From: Psammoneis japonica | Lineage: Eukaryota | Assembly: GCA_008632985.1 (NCBI GenBank) | Contig: QPGO01000033.1 | Location: 434,001-498,000 of the forward strand | Length of the DNA stretch: 64,000 bases | Direction: 5' to 3' | Part shown: piece by piece, positions 36,866-49,200 of the stretch | Numbering within the stretch: position 1 is the stretch's first letter | How the letters are laid out: every line of letters begins with the position of its first letter | Program-made: the position numbers and the translations under genes | Notes under the pieces: model-generated | What the model saw: only the letters and a program-made list of their open reading frames with translations | Database searches by the model: none | Told to the model about the DNA's origin: nothing

Positions 36866-39800
36866 TGACAGGATTTGAACAAGATTTTAGCTCATCACAC
36901 ATGATTGTGTGTGCTCTCAGTTCCATGCACGTCATGTGATGCAGTTTGCTTTCGAGCCACATGGCTCACAAGAACAACAACAGCAGCACCGATGTCACGA
37001 CACCAGTCTTTCGGCTCCTGTGACGGTCTCTGCACGGAGACTCATCTGCCATTTAGACAGCAGCAAGGAGTTGTTGTTTTCTTTCACCCAGTCATCTTCA
37101 TTTTCTGTCAGATTGACAGTCTTGCTCTTTGTCACCCATTGAGCATTCATCATTGTCATCGAGAAATTTTTGACGACCCGCACCGTTGGCGGTGGAAGCG
37201 TGCATCTGCCTTCTTCACTGCTGGGTGCTGGATTAAATCCACATGTTTGGATTCATCCGACACCTCCCATCGTTGGATGCATTTGTTCAACGGATGTTTG
37301 TTTGGCCAGGAATTTCTGAATTCTCAGACATCCAAGATTCCGGATTCCTCGCAGCAGATCCTGCCAATGCTTCCACATGCGTTCATGTGCACACGACACA
37401 AATCCCTGACTCTGGCTCTGCTCTGTGCATGCCAAGTCTACCGCCTCGTATCTGCGCCAGATTGCTGGTCTTCTCCAGTCCAGCAGGGTCCACGAGGACA
37501 ACTGTGAGAGGAAGCAATTTGTGATCACAGCCTGCGTTGGGGCGAGGGTGCATTTCCCACGTTTGTTCGTCCCTCCACAGCGCCAAATTTGGCCGGCCTG
37601 ATTGGGTTGTCCAACCGATGTAAAATGAGAATGGTTCGGAGGTCTTGTCCACCTCTGGCCAGCTTGTCAGCAGGGGTTTTTAACCCGTCACTCCACTCTC
37701 AAGCAACCCAAAGCATCGCCAGCTGTGGGTTCGGACGTGCCAGCACAACTCTGTGGACCGGACAGGAAGCTTGGCACTTGACCATGAACGGGACATCACA
37801 GCCCGGCGGCTTCTGACTGTCAAGACAGTCCAAGACATCAAGTCAAGATTCAAGTCAAGTTTCAAGTTGTTTCAAGCTCACCCTCCGACTCTGGCTGGTT
37901 CCAACATCAGCCTGGTTGCAACATGGTTCTCACCAGGCAACAACAAATCGATGGCCTCGAGCACATTCTAGGCACTGTTCTGAGTCAAGCCGCAGACAGT
38001 CCATTGCGCTCCGCTCTCAACGTTGATGGAACCGATTCGCATCAGGACCTTTTCACTTTTACTCCGTTGCAATTGGATGCCCTTGTGCACAATGACAGAA
38101 CCAATCAAATGCCTTTGCCACATGGTTGCAAAGCACAGACAGCTGTGTTGATTGGCCTGTACATGGCAAAAGCGCGTGGTGGTGCTGATGTCAGCAATGA
38201 CCCTCAGTTGTTCACACAAGAGGAGTTCACCAACTGTCGTCTCAGTCCTGAGAATGTGGTGTCCCTCTCCATGGGTGCAGCACCATCTGCTCCCACTCCT
38301 GGCTTGTTGCCACCCAAACCACGTGATCCCGTGCGTGACTTTAAACAAGGCATCAAATGTGACCCACTTGCCTTCGCGCTTCTCAAGTCCGACAAACAGT
38401 GGCACACATGGCACACCTCCATCATCGCACAGGCCCGCTCCCAAGACGTCGCACGCATTCTTGACCCGACGCACAAGCCCTCTGCAGCTGAGGACAAGGC
38501 CCTGTTTGCTGAACAACAGAAGTGCATGTTTGCCGCATTCTAATGGATCTTGAAGAATGACAAAGGCAAGGCTCTTGTTCGTCAACATGTCGGCTCCTCT
38601 GATGCTCTCAAGCAGTGCATCGTGACCTTTCCAAGCATGCCCTTGCTTCTGCTCGTGCATCCCTGGAGTCCTCAAACCTTCTCACGTACCTCGCCACTGC
38701 TCGCCTTGGTGATGGCACCTGGAAAGGTTCCACTCATGCCTTCATGCTCCACTGGCAGGACCAGCTCCGCAAGTGTGAAGCTCTCATCCCGGGTGCGGAC
38801 CATTTTTCTGCTGGCCAGAAATGTGTCATGCTTGAGAACGCCACACATCCTGCCGAGGAACTCCGTTCGGTGAAGAATCAGGCCGATCAGTTCCGCGCGC
38901 AGAATGGAAAGGGACCATCTTACGAAGAGCACTGTGGACTCCTGCTTTCCGCTGCAGCACAGTGCGACAGCACGTTCGCCCCCAAGACAGCTCCTCACGC
39001 TCCTCACCGTGCCGTCTACGAACACGACCTGGTCCCTGACGACCCTGATGACGATGTGTTCTTCGACATCGACAGTGATGTTGACGTCATGCAAGCTTGT
39101 GCTGTGCAAACTCGCGGCAATTCCCTCACCAAGGAACAGTGGCATCGCATTCCGCCGGACCACCAGCGCATTTGGGACACCTTGCCCCAGTCCACCAAGG
39201 CCATCATTCTTGGCTCGCGCACCGCCCACACGGGCAACTGCCATGACTTGATGGCGGTCAACCTGCACGACCTCCGCATTGGCAGTGATGGCGACATCAA
39301 CTTGTCTGCCAACACTCACAATCTTGCATCAGCCTCGGCACAATCCGACGCTGCAGCCGATGCAGCCGATGCCAACCCCATCCTGGCTCATCTCACCAGG
39401 CACAAGCCTCTGCCAGCACCCGGCGACTTGCAACGTCTCCTGGCACCTGAACGGCCTCCTTCCGCCCATTCTGGCAAGAAACCACCTGGATCTGCACCTT
39501 CCGTCCACTCCAACGCGAAGCCCAATGACACTGACATTGAGATCAACGGCCATGAATGCCGTCGCATTGACAACCACAATGTCATCTGCTCTGCCTTGAC
39601 CCACAAGTCAACTTGCAAAGGTGCTCTCGTGGATCGTGGTGCAAACGGTGGTGTCGCTGGTGATGATGTTCGTGTCATTGCCCGCACTGGTTGCCAGGTT
39701 GACGTCCAAGGCATCGATGATCATCAACCAGTCGACACCCCCATTGTCGCTGCTGGTGGTGTCATCCGCACGCAACACGGCCCTGCCATTGCCATCCTTC

Positions 39801-42800
39801 ACCAGTGCACCCACACTGGAAAGGGGAAGACGATGCACTCTTGCGGCCAACTCGAGTGGCACAAACACGATGTCAACGATCGGTCCATCAAGGTCCCCAA
39901 TGGTCTGCAGCGCATCACCACCATTGATGGATGCGTCATTCCCATTGACATTAAAGCCAGCCTCCCGCACATCGCCATGCGCCCATGCACTGATGCCGAA
40001 TGGGACACTCTGCCGCATGTCATTCTTGCTGGTGATGACACATGGGATCCATCTGTCCTTGACCACCAGTTCACAGACAATGAGATGTGGCATGATGCTG
40101 TGTCTGACCTCCAAGACGACCCGACTGCCAACCTCTTCGATGAGTTCGGCAACTGTCGTCACCGCCATGTCATCAACAACGCCATGCTTGCAGACTCTGT
40201 CCTTGATGATCACCTGCTCCCGACATCTGATTTCTTCTGCAAATGCCATGAGCGCGAACTCAATCCCAAGGATCCCAACTTTGAGTCCCTCCGCCCCTGC
40301 TTTGGCTTTCTCCCGAAGGACACTGTCCGCCGCACTTTTGATTGCACAACGCAGTGCGCCCGCATGCCAGCCAGCACGCACCTGAAAAAGGTGCACAAAT
40401 CCCCCAACCCGGCTCTCAATGTCCACCGACACAATGAACCCATTGCCACCGACACGGTCCACTCTGACACCCCTGCCATTGACTCTGGCTGTGCCAGCGC
40501 CCAGCTCTTTGTCGGCACGGAATCTCTCGTCACTGACGTGTGTGGTGCCAAAACTGACAAAGAATTTGTCAACACCCTCGAAGACAACATTCGCAATCGC
40601 GGTGCCCCATCCAAGCTCATCAGCGACCGTGCTCAGGTTGAGATCAGCAACAAGGTTCTTGGCATCCTTCGTGCCCTCTTCATCTCCAGTTGGCAAAGCG
40701 AGCCTCACCACCAGCATCAGAATTTTGCTGAACGCCACCACCAAACTGTGAAGACCATGGCCAACACCATCATGGATTGCTTCGGGTCCCCGGCTTGCAC
40801 CTGGCTGCTCGCCCTGATGTGCGCATGTTTTGCACTCAATCACACGGCCAAGCTCCACTGGTGCACCCCCACCGAGGTGCTGTCCGGCTCTGCTCCCGAC
40901 ATCAGCCCACTCCTCCGCTTTCAATGGTGGGAACCCATGTGCTGCCACCTGGATGATTCCGGCTGGCCACCCAAATCCGTGAATTACGTGGTCGCTTTGT
41001 TGGCATCGCCGAACACGTTGGTCACCAAATGACATTTAAGATTCTTTCTGACGACACTCAGAAGATTCTCTGCTGTTCCAACGTGCATTCCGCCCGTGAT
41101 CCGTCTGCTCCAAACCTGCATCTTGATCCTCCTGACAAGAAATCTGCTGACCCTGTCATTAAATCCCGCCACGACTCCGAGAATTTGCCAGATTCGCCAG
41201 ATGGGGAGGCGATCAGGATGCCCAAAATGCCGGTCTTTGACCCTGAGGATGTCACAGGACACACCTTCCTCATGAAGCCACAAGAGATGGACAATGCCAC
41301 AGAGCCCGCATGTCAAAGCCGTTGAGGACCATGACTGGAAAATCGGAGGCAATCCTGAACTGGTCAAGTTCATTTGCTCCATCAACAATGACGAATGCGA
41401 GGAAGTCCCAGCCTGCAATGACATTGTGCACCACATTGAGCAAGAAGATGAGGACTCAACTCTCTGGAAGTTCCGATGCATCGCATCACACGAAGGACCA
41501 TTGCAACCCCATGATCCCTCTTGGAAAGGCTCAAGCTGCAACGTCATGCTTGAATGGGAGAATGGGGAATCACGTCCAAACCCCTTGCCATCATTGCCAA
41601 GGACGACCCCCCGTCACCTGCGCCAACTGCGTGCGTGAGCACGGCCTTCTAGAAACCAAAGGATGGAGACATTTTCACAAGACAGCACTTCGTCAGAAGA
41701 AGCTGTTCTGCATGGCCAACCAAGCCAAGTTGCGCTCCTTTTGCACTGCGCCACGATGCAAGTGTGGGCATGAAGTGCCACGGGACTACAAGCATGCCAT
41801 GGCCCTTGATGAGCGCAACGGCAACCGCAAGTGGGGAGATGCAACGGACCTCGAGATGACTCAACTTGATGCAAGAATTCCAGTGCTCCATCAGGACACA
41901 AGAAGATCCGGGTGCATCTCGTCTGCCGCACGATGTCAAACATGACGGACGGCACAAAGCAAGGCTTGTCGCCGATGGACACCTCACAGACACACCCGCC
42001 AACAGTGTCCATTCTGGAGTTGTGTCCCTCCGTGGTCTGCGAATGATGATCTTCCTGGCCGAACTCAATGAACTAGAGACCTGGGCCACTGACATTGGGA
42101 ACGCCTGCCTTGAAGCTGCGACCAAGGAGAAACTGCACATCGCAGCAGGCCCCGAGTTTGGCAACCTGGAAGGACACATCCTTGTCATCCACAAGGCCTT
42201 GTGCGGACTCCGCAGCTCCGGCCTCAGATGGCATGAACACTTTGCCAATTGCTTGCGTGCCGAAGGCTTCTTTCCATGCAAGGCCGAACCCGACATCTGG
42301 CTGTGCAGGAATGGTGACCACTGCGAATGCGCGGCAGTGCATGTGGACGACCCAGCCTTCGCCATGAAGGACCCCCAGGCTTTTGCAGACACCCTCACGG
42401 AGAAGTGCAAGTTCAAGCTCAAGGGCGCTGGACCGTTGGAGTTCCATCTTGGCTGCAACTTCACCCGTGACCCAGACGGCACCCTGTGCCTTGCTCCCCA
42501 CAAGTGCATTGAGCGCATGGTTGACAACCACGTGCACCTCTTTGGGGAGAAGCCTCGCACTGATGTGCTTTCACCCCTTGACAAGGGTGACCACCCTGAG
42601 CTTGACACTTCCGAATTGCTTGAACTGGATGGCATCCACCAGCTCCAATCCTTGATTGGATCCCTGCAATGGGCCGCATCTCTGGGTTGCATTGACATCA
42701 CTGCGGCTGTCATGTCCCTGTCTGGCTTCCGCGCAGTGCCCCATCAAGGCCACCCAGAGGATTCCTCTCCAAGATGCGTCATGGCGCCCTTCGAGTGCAC

Positions 42801-43266
42801 ACCGAGGAGCCCGACCATTCGGACCTCCCCAAGCCCATGTGCGATTGGGCTCAATCCATGCATGGGGAGGTGGAAGAGCTGCTCCCACAAGATGTGCCCG
42901 AGCCGCTTGGCAAGTTCATCACCACCACGCACTGCGGTCGATGCAAACTTGTTCCATTGCATGCTCGCTGGACGCTCTGTCACCGGCATCCTCCATTTCC
43001 TCAACAAGTTTCCGGCTGATTGGTTCTCTGAGAAACAAGCAACAGTCGAGACTGCCATGCATGGATCCGAGTTTGTTGCTGCAAGGACATGTGTCGAGCA
43101 GATCATTGATCGGCGCATCACTTTGTGTTGCCTTGGCGTTCCCATTCGTGAAACATGTTGCACATTTGGGGACAACAAGTCTGTTGTGGACAGTGCCACC
43201 ATCCCGCACTCCAAGTTGCACAAGCGACACACCGCCCTCTCATTCCATCGTGTGCGTGAGGCGATT

Positions 43267-46200
43267 TGCCCTGTGCACGCACTGGGCGCTGAAAAAGAAG
43301 ATGTGTTGCGACTTTGTCTTTGTGAAAATTGCAAGCCAGTTTAGAGCAGAGAAAGTGGGATCGTGCGAATGGGGAATCTTGCCAAATCCCCATTCGTTCG
43401 CATTTGGATCGCATCAAATCGATCGTGCGTTGGCATTGTGGATCGTGCGAATCAAGCCATCATGCACTGTGCACGAGTGATGTCATCGTGTGGAATCACG
43501 CTGCCATCGTGGGCCAGACGACGGGCCAGTGTGCTTCACACGGATGCTCTCTTAGCATCCTTCTGGAATTGCCCAAGACCTGGAGCCACACCCTCCTGTG
43601 GTCGTGCTTCCCAGGTGCGTGTTGACAATGCCACGTTGCCACGTGCAAGAGGCTCATGCACGGTCTCGCCGTGTTGTCCAGCAGCGAGGCACACTGCACA
43701 CTCCCCCATGATCAGGGCCGTTAAGTGACAGAATGTCTTGCTGGTGACAGGGTGCAACCTGCCGTAGATTGTGCGTGTCTGTCAGCACTCCATTCTGGGT
43801 GCGCAACATGCCGTTGTCACACACACGGACAACTCTGGCGGGTCCTGCACAGCTGTCAGAACCGCATTCAGAGGATTGTTCCTGTTTGACAAGTGCCAAT
43901 TGCCCTGCGGTGTGTTGACACTCCTTGCGTTTCTGATTTTCACGCTTGTTGTTTAAGTGGACAAGCTTCTGCTTTCTGGTTTCTATGTGCTTCCACTTGG
44001 CACGATGGGCAACAGATAAAACCGCATCGCGTCCGAAGACCAATTGCGTGGGACTTGCACGCGTGGTCGCATGTGCCGTAGCTCTAACAGCGAAGGCTGC
44101 TGCGGAGAGGATGCCACTCCATGGGTCATCTTCGTCCAGTTCCACATCCTGCACTGAAAAGGAACATGCCATGTTACCAAGTGTCTGGTGTGCACGTTCC
44201 ACCATGGCATTCGCCTGTGGATTCCGTTCACTTGTGGGTTTCTTCAAAATCCCACAGTCATTTTTAATCATCTGGCTAAATTCTGCCACAAATTCTGTCC
44301 CACAGTCATAAACCACCTGGGTTGGCCACGGACATCTGCATGGCCACGTTTGTTCCACGACGTTTGCTGCGACGTCTGCGCGTTTCGCAGACACTTCTTC
44401 AATCTCGAACCACCCGGTTGCTGGGTCAATCATTGTGACTGCCCACAATTGCAAAGTGTCCTTTCCGCGTCTTTGAATTTTATGTGGCCCTGTCACATCT
44501 GTGCATGGAGTCTCCCATGGAATTGTCTCTGCGACCTTTTCTGGTGGCTTCCCATGACGCTGCGTTCGGCGTTTTGTCTTCTGGCATTGATCGCACTTGA
44601 CGCACGTAGAATGCACCGTAGACCTCACACCAGGCCAGCAGAAGTGCTGGGCAACAGACATTTCCGCACGTGTCTCACCTGGATGACACAGTGTCTCGTG
44701 GTGCCATTCAGTTAGCGGAACCTGCAATGACTGTGGTGCTGCGATTTTGTCCTTATGACAGATTAACTGTCGTGATGACCCTCCCCCACGATGCGCGTGA
44801 ATGGAGTGGTCGGACGAGTCCTTGGCTCGTGAGAGTGGGCGCTTGTCCTTTTGTTGTGCTTTTTGAATGCGCTTGAAGCCAATGGGCAGAGATGCCTCAT
44901 CTTGAGCATCTGCATTAAAAGCTTATGCAAAGGACGACTCGATGGAGTGTCTTTCACATCCGGATTGGCCTCGGAAGGCAAGCTGGGTGCCAGCCGAAGG
45001 CGGCCAAGAGCGTCAGCGACCAGGTCATGGGTGCCCTTAACATGGCGTAATTCGGGACCGCATTCTTCGCATGTTGACCGCCACCGCATAATGCGCTCGG
45101 CATTGAACACTTTGCACGCAAGATTTTTATGATCAGCACACACAATTGTGCGATGACCAAGGAGAATCATTCGAAATTCTTTCAACATCTCCACAATGGC
45201 GAGCAATTCTCTCTCCATTGTTGCACAATTTAGTTGCGCACTGTCAAGCTTTCTGCTGTAAAAGGCGACAGGTTTGTTGTCTTGGGACATGACTGCTCCC
45301 AATTGACATTTAGAGGCATCGGCACGCATCTCAAAGGGTTTGTTAAAATCAGGATGTGACAATGAAACATCATCCGATGTCACCCGTTTGATGGTTTCGA
45401 ACGCCTCGTCTTCAACGGACGTCCACTCCCACTTGACAGTCTCGCTTGCGAGTCGTGTCAGTGGAGCCAAGACTTCAGAACGTCTCACGTGCCCTGTGCA
45501 TGCACCAGGCACTGAAAAAGAAGATGTGTTGTGACTTTGTCGTTGTGAAAATTATGAGCTGGTTTAGAGCAGAGAAAATGGGATCGTGTGAATGGGGAAT
45601 CTTGCCAAATCCCCATTCGTTCGCATTTGGATCGCATCAAATCGATCGTGCGTTCGCATTGTGGATCGTGTGAATCAAGCCATCACGCGCCATGCACGAG
45701 TGATGTCATCGTGTGGAATCATGCTGCCATCGTGGGCCAGACGACGGGCCAGTGTGCTTCACACGGATGCTCTCTTGGCATCCTTCTGGAATTGCCTGAG
45801 ACCTGGAGCCACGCCCTCCTGTGGTCGTGCTTCCCAGGCACGTGTTAACAACACTGCGTTGCCACGTGCAAGAGGCTTGTGCATGGTCTCGCCGTGTTGT
45901 CCAGCAGCGAGGCACACTGCACACTCCCCCATGATCAGGGCCGTTAAGTGACAGGATGTCTTGCTGGTGACAGGGCACAATCTGCCGTAGATTGTGCGCA
46001 TCTGTCAGCGCTCCATTCTGGACACGCAACGTGCCGTTGTCACACACACGGACAACTCTGGCGGGTCCTGCATGGCTGTCAGAACCGCATTTAGAGGATT
46101 GTTCCTGTTTGACAAGTGCCAATTGCCCTGCGGCACATTGACACTCCTTGCGTTTCTGATTTTCACGCTTGTTGTTTGAGTGAGTGAGCTTCTGCTTTCT

Positions 46201-49200
46201 GGTTTCTGTGCACTTCCACTTGGCACGATGGGCAATGGACAAAACCGCATTGCGTCCGAAGACCAATTGCATGGGACTTGCACGCGTGGTCGCATGTGCC
46301 GCAGCTCTAATGGCGAAGGCTGCTGCGGAGAGGATGCCACTCCATGGGTCATCTTCGTCCAGTTCCATGTCCTGCACTGAAAAGGAACGCACCATGTTGC
46401 CAAGTGTCTGGTGCACACGTTCCACTGTGGCATTTGCCTGTGGATTCCATTTGCTTGTGGGTTTCTTCAAAATCCCACAGTCATTTTTAATCATCTGGCT
46501 AAATTCTGCCATAAATTCTGTCCCACGGTCACAAACCACCTGGGTTGGCCACGGACATCTGCATGGCCACGTTTGTTCCACGATGTTTGCTGCGACATCT
46601 GCGCGTTTCGCAGACACTTCTTTAATCTCGAACCACCCGGTTGCTGGGTCAATCATTGTGACTGCCCACGGTTGCAAGGTGTCCTTTCTGCGTCTTTGAA
46701 TTTTATGTGGCCCTGTCACATCTGTGCATGGAGTCTCCCATGGAATTGTCTCTGCGACCTTTTCTGGCAGCTTCCCATGATGCTGCATTCGGCGTTTTGT
46801 CTTCTGGCATCGATCGCACTTAACGCACGTAGAATGCACCGTAGACCTCACACCAGGCCAACAGAAGTGCTGGGCAATGGATGTTTCCGCACGTGTCTCA
46901 CCTGGGTGACACTTGCCATTCAGTTGGCGGAACCTGCAATGACTGTGGCACTACGATTTTGTCCTTATGACAGATTGACTGTCGTGATGACCCTCCCCCA
47001 TGACACGCGCGAATGGAGCAGTCGGACGAGTCCTCAGCTCGTGAGAGCAGGCGCTTGTCCTTTTGCTGTGCTTTTTGAATGCGCTTGAAGCTAACAGGCA
47101 GAGACAGCTCATCTTGAGCATCTGCATTAAAGGCTTCATGCAAAGGACGACTCGATGGAGTGTCTTTTACATCCGGATTGGCCTCGGAAGGCAAGCTGGG
47201 TGCTGGTCGAAGGCGACTAAGAGCGTCAGCGACTGGGTTGTGGGTGCCCTTAACATGGTGTAATTCGGGACCGTGTTCTTCGCATGCCAACCGCCAGCGC
47301 GTGACGCGCTCGGCATTGAGTGCTTTGTACGTAAGATTTTTATGATCAGCACACATGATCACACGATGACCAAGGAGAATCATTCGAAATTCTTTCAACG
47401 TCTCCACAATGGCGAGTAATTCTCTCTCCGTTGTTGCACAATTTAGTTGCTTTCTGCTGCAAAAGGCGATGGGTTTATTGTCTTGGGACACAACTGCTCC
47501 CAATTGATGTTTAGAGGCATCGGCATGCATCTCAAAGGGTTTGTTAAAATCAGGATGTGACAACAAAACATCATCCGACATCACCCGTTTGACGGTTTCG
47601 AACGCCTTGTCTTCAACGGACGTCCACTCCCACTCAACAGTCTCGCTTGCGAGTCGTGTCAGTGGAGCCAAGATTTCAGAACGTCCAATCCACGTGTCGC
47701 GGTGGCAGTTCACCACACCAGTGAATGAACGCAGGTCGCGTTCATTGGTTGGGGTCGCGATTTGCTCAATGGCGTCGACTTTATCAGGTGTTGGTCGCAT
47801 TCCGTCTCTGTTGACCAGACAACCCAAGTGTTCTAATTGGGTTTGACAGAAGTGAGATTTAGTTGCGTTGACTTTTAGTCCTGCTTTCTGGACCCTCAAC
47901 AAAACTTCTTCAAGTTTGTTGAGGTGATCTTCACAGGTGCCTTTCGTCACGACGAGAAGGTCATCTAAGTGCGTTCGAACGAACGACAGATCTTCAAATG
48001 AGCCTGACATGCGTTCTTGGAAAATGTCTGGCGAACTGCATGATCCCATGGGCAATGCCTGCATCTCACACTTGCCCCACGGGAAGATGAGCGTGCAGAG
48101 CTTCTTGCCACCAGCATCCAATCGGATGTGATGATGGCCCATGTTTAAATCCAGCGATGTAGCCCACACAAAGCCTTCGAGCTTGGGTGGCATGTCTTGG
48201 ACATGAGGAATCGGGTGAGGCAATCGCTTGATCCGTTTGTTCAGCTCTCTCAAATCATTGATGAAGCGCACCGTTAAATCTTTCTTCGGCATGACAAATG
48301 ATGGAGCTGCCCATTGGGATCGGTTGACGCGTTTGAGAACACCGACACGTGCCAGGCGTTCTACTTCTTCATGCAGCACAGCTTCGTGCGCACAAGGCAC
48401 TTTGTGCGGACGAGCGTGGCATGGTTCTGCACCCTCCTTGAGTTGGGTGTGGCAGGGTTCTCCCTTCCATTCTCCTGATGTCCCATCAAATGAGGACTCA
48501 TGGCGTTTCAATGGTGCCAAAAGGTCGTTTTGTTGAACTGTGGAAAATCCAATTGCCCCTCGCGTTATGTCCTCGAGGCAGGCCGGCGCGTGCTTGGCGT
48601 CTAAAATGCGCGAAATCCGGTCGGTTTCCGAAGACAAGGCTTCTGGATCTTGAAGATAGAAGGAGGTTTCCACCGCAGCATCTACGTGCCTCATTGGCAC
48701 TTCTCCATTGACCAATGGCCACTCTGTCATCTGTTTGGAGAAGACAACATCAATGCCTTGTGTCTCCAGAATGTCACGTCCAACAATCACATCGTGCTTG
48801 CCCAACTCTCCGTTGTGTGCGTGGACGGCATGTTTGAGTTCTGCAGTTTCGGACAATTCTGGCAACCGAAATTTAACGGTGCAGTCGTTGGACGCACCAA
48901 ACGAGCCTGCTGCCACAGTCCAGTTTGTCTCAGCCATTGAATGGCTTCGCAGACGTTTGCAGTGTCGACTGTCGAGTAGAGCACTGCTGGCGCCACTGTC
49001 CAGCAGTGCCTCAATGGTTTGAGTCTTGCCCTTGCCATGTTTGGCATTCACAGCTGCAAACAAGATTGGAGCAAGATGAGTCTTTTTAACTCGTTTGCGG
49101 GATTGGCCCACAACACGTGTACGATGGCAATTCAGTTGTTCATTTGTACATTCATCCAATGCATTGAAACTGCCTGCATCGTGTCGGCCCCCTTCTCAGG

